From contig NC_045697.1 of assembly GCF_009834535.1 (NCBI RefSeq), positions 114,082,001 through 114,146,000 on the forward strand: a DNA stretch of 64,000 bases. Reading direction: 5' to 3'. The notes under the pieces are model-generated. The model ran no database searches and was not told the origin of the DNA. It saw only the letters and a list, made by a program, of their open reading frames with translations. Origin of the DNA: Camelus ferus (lineage: Eukaryota). The position numbers and the translations under genes were made by a program. Shown piece by piece: positions 1 to 13,259 of the stretch (the stretch's first letter is position 1; each line of letters begins with the position of its first letter).

Positions 1-761
1 TAAAAATAAAAGTAAAGGGGAATAAATCCCTTTTTTTAATCTCTATCAAAGCAGCAAGAGAATGAGAAGCTTGCGGCTTTCGCACTAATGCCGCGAGAAC
101 AATGGCTGTGGTGTGAAAATAACCTCGGGCTTGAATCCTGGCGCTAACAGTAACAGCGCTACCATTTCTTGAAGCATCAAATGTGTACCCCACTTCTTGG
201 ATGTTTTGCATCTATTTCTCTGTACACAGACACACACACAGGCATATGCCCGGATCAGAAGGAGCCTTGAACATGTTAATCTGACCGACAGTTCCCACAT
301 ACGAATTTGCTATCAGACCCTTCATGTACAATGATGAAAAGTAAAACTCATGGAAACGATGCAATGTGTCTAAGATCTAATGGCCAGCGAGTGACTTCGT
401 TGTCATTCAAATTCATGACCGTGTGACTCTTAGCTTCTATTCAATGATAACCTTCTTTTCACAGTCCTTGCAAGTTACTAAATGTCTGCTCAGTTCCACT
501 CCTTACATATGACGTTCTTCATCGATACAGGAGGGAGTGCTACCAATTGCCTTATAAGCTTGTTGTAAAAAATGAATGCATTAAGGAGATGCACATAGAA
601 AACAGTGAGACACACCTATAAAACACTGACTTTTTTCTTCCTGAAGGGAATCCACCATTTTTAATATCTTATCTGGATCGCAGTCTTGCATTGTATACGA
701 TATATACAAGGAGTTTCCCTTTGTTAAAAATATGAATCTGATAAAGATGTAAAATGCAGTA

Positions 762-1087
762 TGGCAGTCCTCACTAATCTGAAGTTTAGCTTTTTCCATG
801 ATTTTAGTTAGCCAGGGTCAACAGTACAGGACAAAAAAATATTAAATGGAAAATTCTAGAAATAAACAATTCTTAAGTTTTAAATTTCATACCATTCTCA
901 GTGATGTGATGAAATTTCACACCACCCCCCTCAGTCCCTCTGGAGCCACGATTCAACACTTTGTCCAGTGTATCCACCCTATATAAGGTCCATGCCAGAT
1001 AGAATGGAAAAAAAAAATCACAGTATATGAAAGATTTGGTACTATGTGCAGTTTCCCACATTCCGGTGGATAAGGGGGTGGGACTAA
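762..1087. mobile_element. MER44/Tigger7-like TcMar-Tigger DNA transposon fossil
   Basis: Contains AAAATATTAAATGGAAAATTCTAGAAATAAACAATTCTTAAGTTTTAAATT and ends GGATAAGGGGG..GGACTA, resembling MER44 internal sequence and terminal inverted repeats; TA at 760-761. Confidence 0.7.
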
Positions 1088-3097
1088 GGCATTCAGTTCC
1101 TGGCCCAGGGTGGGTAGGTAATAATTGGTAGCAGATCATTCTTATTTGTCTGTTTTCATGAAATTCAAAATTACAAAATCTCGGGACTTCTTGCTGTTGT
1201 GGTTGTTTGGATATTTTTTGAAATCAAATTAAGAATCGTGCTTGCTGATCCACTTACAGTTTCTAGGAGATCTGAACCCACAAGATATCAGATTTCATTA
1301 TTTTTACATAATTGGATGTTTACTCTCACTTACAACACTTACAGCTTTAATCTCTTTGCAGACATTCCCAGGTCTCTCTCTTTCTCTGTGTCTGTCTTTA
1401 TTTTGGTGTTTCCTTATTTTGGACCAAGGATTGATATTCCTTTGAGTCCTATTTTATATCTACTTCCACAATCCCTGTAATATAGTTTACAATTATGACC
1501 TTCTCTTTAGAAAATAATAGCATTTATGTTAGTAACACAATTTCTCAGTCTCCCAGTCGATTAGAAAGGTCATTCATTGTACAGAGGTGATTTTGGACCA
1601 TCATCCAATAATACTACCTTAGCTTTGCTGTTTTATTTCACAGAAGTTTAAATTTTAAAAAAGTGTAAGAAATACAGTGTGTTCAGTTATTTTATGACTA
1701 TAAGTGGTACAATAATAAAGGAAAATATTCAATCTTCAATCTAAAGCATGAACTATTCAACCTTACGGATGCTCGAGTCTTTGTGCCTGGCAGGCATGAG
1801 TGCACGCACAGGGATTTTGGCTGATGCTAACAGAAGTCAAACCTCCTGGCATCTGCTCTCCTGATAGCCCCCAAGCACAAGAACTTCAAATCCAGCACCT
1901 CAGACCACCTCATTAGAATCAGTTCCAATCTTCAATCACTTAATACAGGTTGACCTTATGCTGCCTGAAGAAACCAGCAAAAATGGTTACCTGTGTTTAA
2001 AAGTCTACATGTGATTTACTTGGGAAATCAGAGCTGAATTTGACCTCTGCAACCTTTTCTGACTCTTGACTAGACTTCGAGCTGACTTTGATGGTTCCCA
2101 TGTGAATTGTCTAAGGAAGAATGACAGGGGATGTGCTTTTTTACATCATTCTTTTATGTAGGGCTATTACGTTTCTAAGACTTAACGGATTACACTTGAA
2201 TTTTTCATTTCAAAAATTAAGATATAATTGCAGCATAAAGGAAATTTGCTGGCTATCATGGAGGTAATTCAGCTGCATGAAAGTGTCATATCCAAATGAT
2301 CATTTGTGCGTGTGTAAGGCATTGTAATTTTCCCAGAAGAGGGGGATTCTCTTCCTGTTAGACACTTTAAGACAATCGATTTGCTGATGAGTACAAATAT
2401 CTTAGTGACATCATAAAATATTTACTGCATACAACTAATGAGAAAGAGATTTACTACATACAAAAGCAGAAGATTTCAAAGTGAATTTGTTTTCTCATCA
2501 ATATCAATTTGTATTACCAGATTAAAGTTTATGTTGCATTTTCAACATTTAACTTTACTTTCAGGGAACTGTTAGTTGTTCATTTTCTATCAGTATTTTA
2601 AATAGAACAAATAAATTGTAACTTTTGATCCATATGGCATGGCATTTTTCCATATAGTCAGGTAACACATTTTTTTAAAATTTATCATGCACTTTTAATA
2701 ATAGACTTTATTTTTATATATTTACATTCTGTACATATCACTGTAGTGATTGCATTATAAAACATCCTGGACAATAACCTCATACTTCTTCGTGAGATTA
2801 TTGTCCAGGATGCTTCTTTATTACGGCATAATCTTTATCTTAAATAGCTACCTTCATATTTATTTCAGCGTGAAAGTAAAATAAATTAATGTCTTTATAA
2901 TTAATCTTCACTAAAACTTGAACAGGTCTAAAAACTTGAAATGTTAACAAAAACATATTAATGACTTAAATATTGGACATATTTTTATAGAATTCTCATA
3001 GCTCATTTTGATCAATATGTCATCAATTATTTTGTAAACAGTACTAAAAACACATATGCTCTATGAAATTCTCTTTTTTCTAAGTACCTACATGTAC

Positions 3098-3342
3098 TTT
3101 TTTTTTTATTGAAGTATAGTCAGTTTACAATGTGTCAATTTCTGGTGTACAGCACAATGTTTCAGGCGCACTTATACATGCATATATTCCTTTTCATATT
3201 CTTTTTCATTATCGGTTACTGCAATGTATTGAATATAGTTCCCTGTGCTATACAGTAGAAACTTGTCATTTATCTAGTTTATATATAGTAGTATCTGCAA
3301 ATCTTGAACTCTCAATTTATCCCTCCCCACCCCATTTCTCTG
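3098..3342 (-). mobile_element. Camelid L1 3' UTR fragment (5'-truncated)
   Basis: Poly-T, then TTTATTGAAGTATAGTCAGTTTACAATG...GTTCCCTGTGCTATACAGTAG; homologous to the reverse complement of the 3' ends at 28321-28804 and 31740-32060. Confidence 0.9.
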
Positions 3343-4660
3343 TTAGCACAATTTATATTCTTTTTTTCTTTTCTTTTCCTTTTTTTTTAACACCATTATG
3401 AATTAAAAAATCTAGCCTCTTAGCCATCTTTGACATTATCCTAGACATTTCTGAAAACAGCATTGTTTTTCACTGAAATAATATTTTCAGCCCCTGTTAA
3501 TTTCTTCCTCCAGGATCCGGAATAACTTGCTCGGATAGGAGGCCTAATTCCTTTAATGAGGTACCGTTATTAACATGATCATCACATGTGATTACCACTT
3601 ACAGGCAGGGTTATACCCCTTGGGGGTTATTTCAGAGACTAAGAAGGAAAATTTTAAAGCCATGAGTTCCTGAAAGTATTTTCAGTTTAACTGTCACCTC
3701 ATTTATTTTCTTCTGTTGCTCTCTGAAGATTTTTTTCAATTATTCGCATCTGCTTTGCATCCAAGCAAAACAGGTGATATTTTATTCTCACTCTTACATT
3801 TTTAATGTTTTTATTTTTTTCCTTAAAATTAAGATGGCCAGAAGAAATAGAGTATTTAAAGATACTCTTTTTCTGTATTTTTTGTAACAGCCTATCTTGG
3901 ATTACATAACGGGATGAAAGTTTTATCTACTTATTAGACATCATGGTAATAAACTTCAACATCAGACTAGAGGTCACAAATTCCTATCATTTATAGAATC
4001 TCATACTTAAAAAAATAGGGTAATTCACAGGAAAATCAGAGATATTTTACCTAAGAAAAAACACAAATTTGAGTGAAGCCAGGATCAAAATCCAAAAGCC
4101 ATAGATCACCCAGCACCTTATCTAAATCATTATTTTAAATAATATACTTGACACTTGATGTGGGAAATATTTTTAGATATACATGCTGAAAAGTAAATAT
4201 CCTATGAAATAAACAACATAACATTTATTTCAAAATACATCTGTAAAGCAGGAGCAATGTAAATATAAATTTAGAGCTTAATATTGTGTTGTAAATATTT
4301 CCCATTAAGGATTGGACTGTTATGATTTATTTCCTGTACTATTTACTATTTACTAAAAAAGTACTTATTCCACTTATATTGGTAAAATTTGAATTCACAA
4401 AATTATTTCCCAATTTGCTACTCCTTCACCATTTACCTTCTTAACTGGCGCCCAATTTGTTAATATTTTTTTTAAATGTCGTGAGCTTTGAAGTAATGGA
4501 ATAATATCTCTCCTATGCCTTTTGTCTATGTTTAATCACCTGAATGTTTGACAAATCAATTTTTAAATCTTTATATTCCTTTATAAGAAAGCTATTTTTT
4601 GTTTAATACGTAAATACAATAGTACATATTTTGTTTTCCCAGGATATAAAAAATGCATAT

Positions 4661-4688
4661 ATATGTGTGTGTGTGTGTGTGTGTGTAT
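4661..4688. repeat. (TA)n(TG)n microsatellite
   Basis: Direct reading of the dinucleotide run. Confidence 0.9.
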
Positions 4689-4902
4689 GACTTAAGTATA
4701 TACCCTCCAAAAGCAAATTTATGATTAAATTTCCCTGTATAATTCCTTTTGTATAGTACAAAAGGCCAATGATCTAACCATTTAAGGCTCTGTTTGCATG
4801 AATGAATCAATTGTCTGAATTGGCTGGTTATTAATCCAAAAGCAATTCAATCAAATTGTCTTTCAGCTACATATATTGAATATATACTGTAAGGAAAATT
4901 GC

Positions 4903-5294
4903 GATGTCCCAGTCATGCATATACACACATATATTCATTTTCATATTTTTTCATTAAAAGTTATTACAAGATATTGAACATAGTTCCCTGTGCTATACAG
5001 AAGAAACCTTTTTTAGTCTATTTTTATATATAGTGGCTAACATTTTTGAATCTCAAATCCCCAAATTTAGCTTTTCTCACCCCCTCTTCTAGGTAGCCAT
5101 AAAATTGTTTACTATCTCTGCTAACTATAAAAAATAATAAAATAATGCCATTTGCAAGAACATGGATGGACCTGGCGATCGTCATTCTAAGTGAAGGGAG
5201 CCAGAAAGAGAAAGAAAAATACCATGTGATATCACTCACATGTGGAATCTGAAAAAAAAAAAAATGAAAAAAAAGGACACTATGAAATCATCTC
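4903..5294. mobile_element. 5'-inverted L1 3' end (minus segment 4903-5120, plus segment 5121-5294)
   Basis: Minus-strand 3' UTR abuts a plus-strand ORF2-end segment (AATAATGCCATTTGCAAGAACATGGATGGACCTGG...ATGTGGAATCT); the poly-A end is missing. Confidence 0.85.
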
Positions 5295-5994
5295 TGATAC
5301 ACATCTTGATATATTCTAAAAATAAAGAAAATCTATTAAAATATAAAATTTTTATACAAAAGATAAATTGTGTTTAATTCATCAAATAAGTTACGTGATG
5401 AAAATTATGTTTCTAAATATCTTTATCTTTCCGTCTCTGAGGACCTTATTCGTTCAAAATAATTCTAAAAAGTAGATTTAGCCACTTTATTTGCTCTTCA
5501 CCAAGGTAATAATAAAAAGTTAAATAAAACATTGTAAAACTATGAAATAAAAACACAATATACATCTGTCTGACTCATCCCATGAAAGATCTAATTAGCA
5601 TGTGTTTTGACTATACTCACATAAATTTTATCAGAGTGGTGATTTCACACGTTAAATATAATTGCCTACTAAAATGTGGTACATATTTTTAACTATAAAA
5701 AGAAGATTTCCTTGTCATAACATCTATCGCAAGAGAGCGATGTTTGCAATGTTAAAAATATTTTCTAATTAGCAATAGCTATCCTTCTTAAAATACAGAT
5801 GAGTTCCTTATTTATAATGAAACTTTTAAGACAGGAAAAAATATAAATCTATATTGCAGTGATTTCAGGAAGCAAATAAGGTTGGCATGTGTATCAAACA
5901 GTAATCTGGGCCATTGGGTCCAAAGTGGGGAGAGTGCCTGCTAGGTGGTACACAACAGGATGCACTGGGATGCAAGAAAAATATGATGCTGTGG

Positions 5995-6330
5995 GCAAAG
6001 GCCATTAAATGACTCTTGATATGGTTATTTTGCTATGTTAGAAAGATGGCATCAGCAGCTATATGGAGCACGGACTGAATGAAGGAGACAGAGAAGGCCG
6101 GCGAGGGAGCAGGCAGTTGTGTGAAACATGAACGCCTAAATTATGGCAGTGGCGATGAAGTCTGAGCAGAGGGAGAGGGTTTAAGAGATCTGGAAGAGTT
6201 AAGAGTTATCAGCAGGGGATGTTTGGATGTGAGGGAGCAGGAAGAGATACCATAGATGGCTTCCAAGTGCCTGGATATTTGCCACACATTGTGACAATGG
6301 AGCCAGAAAGAAAAGCAAGTTCTAAAGAGT
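5995..6330 (-). mobile_element. Ancient L2 fragment
   Basis: Purine-rich L2-antisense-like text (GCCTAAATTATGGCAGTGGCGATG, TTTGGATGTGAGGGAG, GATGGCTTCCAAG). Confidence 0.5.
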
Positions 6331-7164
6331 AATTTTGCTGAGATTCCACTGGTGAGCAGCCCTAGTTCAAGGCACCCCCAGGCCGCCCACGGAAGTCAGA
6401 TAGTTCATGGTTCACATGTAGTCGCGGGCAGGATATATTACCTTGGACAACGTACGTATTACCTTTGAGTCTTAGTTAACATGATCGATAATGGAGATTG
6501 TAGTTGCTACTCCATACTGTTGTTCTCAGGATTGAATTCATTAGCAAAAGTCACCTTTTCCTAGAGCCCAGGCTTTACCTCTCTGGTTTTTGGGGGCCTT
6601 AATTAGCAAATAATTCTGTCACGGCTAACTCCTGTGTACTTTTGTCTTGCTAATAAAGTGGTTTTATAGCCTTACGAGGTGACTGAGTAGCAGATGGTCT
6701 TTTTAGGAGAGCAACAGGCCGTAAGACTCCGATGGGTGATCTGAAGAGGGGTATGAATCCCCAGAGAGTTCTCCTGGCTACCTCAGAGAAGCAGTGTGTT
6801 TTCATTACATTAAAAGGGATATACACCCAACCACATAAAAAGCTCACTACATGTTAATAGATATTTGGGAAACTGCCAATGTATTTAGAGAAATATTTTG
6901 AGAATATAAATTAATAATTCATTAGTGGTCTCTCTCCTAATTCGTATTTTTGATGCGATAACACCATCTTTCGTACAAGAGTACTGGTCAGAGTGTTAAT
7001 TCCCATATTCTTGGGTTCTGACAGGTGAATTACACTGGTCCATCTGCTTAAGGCTGATAAGAACTATCTTCGCTTTCTGTACTAAGAGAGCGTTTGTTCA
7101 GAGGAGTTGGGTCAACCAAAGGATGTAGGTAATACATAAAGATCTGACAGATTCATAGCAAGCC

Positions 7165-7405
7165 AAGTGTAGGCTCTGGCGTTTGCCTGTCTGATTTGGA
7201 ATCCTGATTCCATTGCCTCCTCACTCTGTGAAATTGGGGAAGTCACTTCTCATTTTCCTTCTTTGTAACAGGAAGTAATTTCAATTTTATCCGATAAGAG
7301 TGGTTATGAGTAACCAGTGCTGTGCCTGTAAAAGTGCACACAGTTGTACCCGATTCGCCTGGCATACAGCACACAAAGCATCAACGCTATTTACCATCAT
7401 CATTA
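7165..7405 (+). mobile_element. MIR SINE
   Basis: AATCCTGATTCCATTGCCTCCTCACTCTGTGAAATTGGGGAAGTCACTT...GCCTGGCATACAG...CTATT, the typical MIR core and tail. Confidence 0.65.
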
Positions 7406-7504
7406 TTTTTAACTAAAGAGTGAGCATATGGTTTCCCTTCCTAAACTTACAGTAAGGGTAGGCCTAAGAAACTGTAATCTTTTTTGCCTAATTGTCTACA
7501 AAAT

Positions 7505-8150
7505 ATCCTTTACTGCAGTTATTTTAATCAGGGTCCAGTCAGATTATACATTACACATGTTTGTCATAGGTCTTTGGTTTCTTTTAATCTAGCATATTCC
7601 CCTCTCTTGTTTCTCTTTGACAGTATTAAGATTTTTTTTGAAGTATACTCAGTTACAATGTGTCAATTTCTGGTGTACAGCACAATGCCCCAGTCATGCA
7701 CATACATACATATATTTGTTTTCATATTCTTTTTCATTAAAGGTTATTATAAGATATTGAATATAGTTCCCTGTGCTATACAGAAGAATTTCTTTTACCT
7801 TTTTTACATATAATGGTTATCAACTGCAAATCTCAGACTTCAAAATTTATCCCTTCCCAGCCCCTTTCCCCTAGTAACCGTTAAGACTGTGACTATGTCT
7901 GTGTGTCTGTTTCTGTTTTGTAGATGAGTTCAAAGTTAATTATTGTAGAGAATGTTCCACCATCTACATCTGGTTGTTCTCTTGTGATTATATTCACATT
8001 AAACATTTTGGTAAGAATACTGTATATATTATATACTTTTGATAACATCACATCAAGAATCATATCATGACAATTTATCCCGTTACTAAGGATGTTACAT
8101 TTGATCACGTGGTTACGATAGTAACTGCTAGATTTTTATATCGTTAAAGA
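7505..8150 (-). mobile_element. Old L1MC/MD-type 3' end, interrupted by a younger L1
   Basis: TTAAACATTTTGGTAAGAATAC and GATGTTACATTTGATCACGTGGTTA motifs; homologous context on both sides of 7632-7931. Confidence 0.55.
7632..7931 (-). mobile_element. Camelid L1 3' UTR fragment
   Basis: TTTTTTTGAAGTATACTCAGTTACAATGTGTC...GTTCCCTGTGCTATACAG...TGTTTCTGTTTTGTAGATGAGTTC. Confidence 0.9.
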
Positions 8151-8315
8151 AGAAAAGTCCAGTTTAGGATTTCATTTTTTTGTTAGTAGTACAATTTTTT
8201 TGTAATAACTCAAATGAGAAAAGCTATGCACTTATTCAAATGTAAAATAAATTATATAAAATTTGCACTTAATTCCGGTTTTTAAAAAAAGTCTTTATTT
8301 TATACAAATATTCAA

Positions 8316-9817
8316 ATTTTTATTTATTTGTAATTGAAATTTAATAAACACACAATATTATTACCTTACTGTCATGTGTACTACATAAAGGTTGATACTT
8401 GCATACGTTGTGAAATTATCACTATGCTAAGTTTGAGCATCATGTGTCCCCACACAAAGCTATTACAATGCCACTGATTAGGTGCTTTATGCTGTATATT
8501 ACATCCCAATGGCTTATTTATTATATAACTAGAGGTTTTTACCTCTTAATCCACTGCACCTCTTTTGCTTATCCTCCATTCCCCCCTTGCTTCTGGCAAC
8601 CACCTGTTTGTTCGCTGTATCTGAGTCTGTTTTCATTTTGTTTCCTTTTTGTTTTCTTTTGTCTTATATTTTAGATTCCACGTATAAGTGAGATCATATG
8701 TTATTTGTCTTTCTCTGTCTGACTTGCTTCCCTTTAATATGATAATCTCTAGGTCCATCCATGTTTTCCATGTTGTCATAAAGGGCAAAATGTATTTTTT
8801 TTTATGGCTGAGTAAATTCCATTGTGTACATAAATGTGTGTGTGCATGTATGTGTATATGTACGTATATAAATCTATGCAGACCTCATCTTCTTTATCTA
8901 CTTGGCTATGGATGGACACTTAGGATGCTTCCATACTTTGGTTACTGTAAATAATCCTGCAGTGAATATGGAAGTACATATATCTTTTCCAATTAATATC
9001 TTTTATTTCCTTTGGGTAAATGCCCAGATGTGAGATCGCTAGATTATATGATAGTCCTATTTTTAATTTTTTGAGGAATCTCCATGCAGTTTTCTGTAGT
9101 AACTGTACCAATTTATGTTCCCACCAACAGCATACGAGGGTTCCCTTTTCTTCATATCCTTCCTCATCAACACTTGTTATTTGTTGTCTTTTTTGATGAT
9201 AGCCATTCTGACAGATGTGAGGTGATATCTCATGGTTTTGATTTGCATTCCCCTAATGAAGAGTGATGTTGAGCATCTTTTCATGTGTCTGTTGGCCATC
9301 TGTATATCTTTTTTTAAAAAATGTCCATTCAGGTCTTCTGCCCACTTTTTAAATGGGTTGTTTGTTTTTAATGTTGTGTTACCTAAGTTCTTTGTTTTAT
9401 TATGGATTTTAACCCCTTCTTGGATATATCATTTACAAATATCTTCCCCCATTCAGTAGGTTGCTTTTTTGTTGATAGTTTCTTTCACTGTGCAAAAGCT
9501 TTTGAGTTTGATTAGGTCCCGTTTGTTTATTTTTGCTTTTATTTTTCTTGCCTGAGGAGACATATCCGAAATACTTTTACTAAGACCAAAGTCAAAGAGT
9601 GTACTGCTTATGTTTTCTTTTAGGAGTTTTGTGGTTTCAGGGTTTACATTTAAGTCTTTAATCCATTTTGAGTTTATTTTTGTATGTGTTGTGAGAAAAT
9701 AGTTTGATTGTTTTGCACAAAGCTATCCAGCGTTCTAACACCATTTACTGAAAAAGCTGTCTTTTCCCCATTGTATATTCTTGCCTCCTTTGTCATAAAT
9801 TAGTTAACAGTATAAAG
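8316..9817 (-). mobile_element. Older L1 (L1MA-like), 1.5 kb 3' portion with decayed ORF2 C-terminus
   Basis: Minus ORF 8920-9111 reads QLLQKTAWRFLKKLKIGLSYNLAISHLGIYPKE (ORF2 C-terminal domain); colinear with 30680-31740; multiple stops and frameshifts. Confidence 0.92.
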
Positions 9818-9929
9818 GTGATTCAAGTTGCCTCACACCTCTGCTTTTGTCAACACCCCTATCATCTCTGCTGGGAAGTTTACCCCCGTCATTCACTTCG
9901 TGCCTGCCCTTTCTTCCCTTCAAACTCTT

Positions 9930-10810
9930 CTCAATCCAGCATCCAGGATGATTTGGATAAAGTTGCTCCTCTGCTCAATCCACTCTTGTGTCATGCTGCC
10001 TGTGTAATGGCCAAAGACCCAAAATTATTCACAAGGCCCCGCGGGGGGTGAACCTGCCTCCAGCTCTCAGACCTCAACCAGCACTATTTCTTTTCACTCG
10101 TGCAGCTCCCGCCACACCGCCCCTCCTTGCTGCTTTTTTTTTTTTTTTTTTTGATTAATAATCATTTTACAATGTTGTGTCAAATTCCAGGGTAGAGCAC
10201 AACTTTTCAGTTATACATGAACATATATATTTTCATTGTCACATTTTTTTTCTCTGTGAGCTACCAGAAGATCTTGTATGTATTTCCCTGTGCTATACAG
10301 TATAATCTTGTTTATCTATCCTACAATTTTGAAATCCCGTCTATCCCTTCCCTCCCTCCGTCCCCTTGGCAACCACAAGTTTGTATTCTATGAGTCTGTT
10401 TCTGTTTTGTATTTATCCTTTGTTTGTTTGTTTTTGTTTTCCTTGCTGCTTCTTGAGCAAGAACAGATCAGGCCCTCTCTTCCTCGGGTCTTTGCACTCC
10501 ATCCGCCCTCTTTCTGAAGCCCTCTTTCCCAGTTCTCCATGTGGTTTATTCCTTATGACACTGATGTCTGTGCTTACAGGCCACCTTCTCCATGAGGTCT
10601 TCTCTGACTCTTCTATTAAAAACTGAAACTTCCCTTTCTTCTCATACTGTCACTTCTCTACCCTGCTTTCTTTTTCATCGTGGCCTTATCACTTTCTGAG
10701 AAACTCTATATTTTGTTTGCTTATCCCATTAATGTCTGCCTTCCTCTCTAAAATGTGAGTTACCTGAGGACATGGATTCCATCTTTTTGGGTCACTGCTG
10801 TACATCTTGT
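9930..10810 (+). mobile_element. L2 3' region, interrupted by a young L1
   Basis: CTCCTCTGCTCAATCCACTC, GGGTCTTTGCACT, CACCTTCTCCATGAGGTCTTCTCTGAC, AAAATGTGAGTTACCTGAGGACATGGA are L2 3'-end-like motifs. Confidence 0.7.
10136..10439 (-). mobile_element. Young camelid L1 3' UTR with 12-bp TSD
   Basis: TSD TCCTTGCTGCTT at 10124-10135 and 10440-10451; long poly-T; highly similar to 19450-19750. Confidence 0.95.
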
Positions 10811-12384
10811 TGATGGAATATTAGCATATGAATATTTTAATGAGTTAATAATGTAGGGCTTGCCTTATATTTCTATCTTTAAATATTTGATTGAAGACTT
10901 GAAAAAGTCTCTCCAAATAATAATCTTCCATTAGAAATGTTGAACTTAGTGAGAGAAAGGACATACATAGAGTTGAGGATAGTCGGTGCTGGAGCCACTG
11001 AATGGGTTCACAACTTTGGTACTCCAACTTCTTCAAGAAGTTTCTTCTTCTCAGTTTTTTTCTGCTTTCCCAAAGATTAGTTATCCTAGGTATAAAATTG
11101 GGTGCAGATTATAAAACAACATTGATTATTCAGTAGGTATTAGAGATACCAATGCATTATGTGAACTGACTTACATGAAAATAAAATGCAAAATTATATA
11201 AAATCAAGATGTAGTATTTTCCATTTGAATATATTAATAGTCCTTTTATTTGTATGCCTTGATGGTTTTTCCAAATCAATAACAGTGTAATAAGTTTTGC
11301 TAGGAAATTAGCGTTGGGAATTTGGTCCACATCTGGAGAATTTTTTTTTCTAATAAAGCCTTTTCCATTCAGTCACTTCTGGGACCCCACTGCTAACATG
11401 CTGCAAGTCACTGCTCTATCCTGATTTCTAGGTAAGTGGAGACAGCAAGTTTGGGCATGCACACCTAACACCTAGCTAGAAAGAGTGACCATTTGGCAGC
11501 TATGATTCAATCTGAAACTTTTTCATTCACTGAATCTCACATATTTCATTCACTGGAAGGCGCTTAGGAGCGAGTTGTCAATTCAATTCATTTTTAACTA
11601 GCATTATGATGCTTCATAAGGAATTAAGCTAAAAATGTGTACTCAGGAAAAGAACAAGATTGAACTTTAAGATAAAAGCTAAATACCCTTTCAGTGTAGT
11701 ACTTATCATCCTATAAATTTTGACATCTGTTTGTGTTTCTCATTGCATTTCTTAATGAGTTGTAATAAAAAGAAATTTACATAATAGTTGTATAATTTAT
11801 ATGTAAATTTATAAAAGAAGAATAATTGATATATTTTTATTTTTTAGATTAACAAAATTTTATCATACTTATGTTCTTAAGAAAGTATCACTTAATAATT
11901 TATTCATATTTAAAGTGTTTAAAATTTAAGTAACTTTATTGATCTTAATTTTATAACATCATTTTCTTTGAAAATGCATCAAAAAACAAAAAAATAAACA
12001 AAATTGAGTACTTCTGCTTCAAGTGTTTTGATAAAGAAGGCGTTTTGTATGTAGCCCAATATATCTTTCCTGCCAAAAATCCAGCATATTATAATCTTAT
12101 TATGAAATGACAGTCACATAGAAACTGCTTTAAGATGGTTTATATTGTCTACATTCTTAAAACACAGTGGACTGAACAAGAAACCATCATCACTTGTTAG
12201 AACAGGAGCCACCAGACTGTAAAGTATCTGAATTTCCTCTTGGGGTTTTATTTTGAATATTTGAATTTGACTTTAATTTCTAGCAATAGCGTCTCCAAAG
12301 TTATTTCCTATACATCTAAATGCGTGTAATATAATTTCAAAAGTTTATCAAGGTATAATTCAGTTATGGGTGTTTATGAGGGTT

Positions 12385-12790
12385 TTTTAAAATAACATTT
12401 ATCCACCATTAAGGTTTCATACAGAGTGTTTTCACTGCTGTAAAATTCCTCTGTGCTCTGCCTGTACATCCCTTGCTCCCCTGTAACCCTTGACAATCAC
12501 TCATCTTTTTAGTGTCTCTACAGTTATGCCTTTTCCAGATTTATACAGTTAGAATCATACAGTGTGTAGCCTTCTAAGACTGGCTGGCTTTTTCTGTTTA
12601 GTAATATGCATTTAAATTTCCTCCTTATCTTTTCATGGCTTGATAACTTATTTCTTTTTAGTGCTGATTAATAATCCATTGTCTGGATGGACCATAGTTT
12701 ATTTATCCATACCCCTACTGAAGGACACATTGGGTGCTTCCAAGTTTTGACTGTTATGAATAAAGCTTCTGTAAACATCTATGTGGAAGA
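12385..12790 (-). mobile_element. L1MC1-like 3' end
   Basis: CATACAGAGTGTTTTCACTGCTGTAAAATTCCTCTGTGCTC...GCCTTTTCCAG...AGTAATATGCATTTAA...TGGATGGACCATAGTTTATTTATCCA. Confidence 0.75.
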
Positions 12791-13259
12791 TTTGCTCTAT
12801 GAGTTTGACAATATATTCATACATACAAGGCTTATCAACACAATCAAGAGATATATGAATAGATATCTAATAATATCTATGTCAATATCTATGCCTAAAT
12901 CTCTCTCTATCCACACACATATAATTAAATGTCTTACTTCCTATTTTTATGCACAAATCTATGAGTTTTAAGACCTGTTTAGCATCTTGAAATTGCCACC
13001 AAAATCAAGACACTAGACAGATCCATCAGCTAAACATACTCCCTCATGCTTTTCCCCCAAAGCCAAACCTTCCCCGTTGATGTCATTTCTGTCCCTGTAT
13101 GTCACCTCTTCAGGGTAACAGATGAATGAAATCATGCTGTAAGTAACCTTTTGACATTGGACTGGCACGTAATGCATTTAATATTTCAATGAGGTAGTGC
13201 TTGTTTTTACCTTGTTAGAACACATGGATAAAAGTCAATATACAGTTAGCCATATTTTT

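Noticed and set aside
1767..1965. Minus-strand exon-like segment (TTTCTTCAG acceptor, GTAAGG donor)
   Set aside because: Stops in all three frames, no recognisable product and a weak exonic donor context; consistent with chance.
3514..3560. Plus-strand exon-like segment (TTTCTTCCTCCAG…GAG|GTACCG), open frame SGITCSDRRPNSFNE
   Set aside because: Only 47 nt, weak donor, no recognisable protein and no partner exons.
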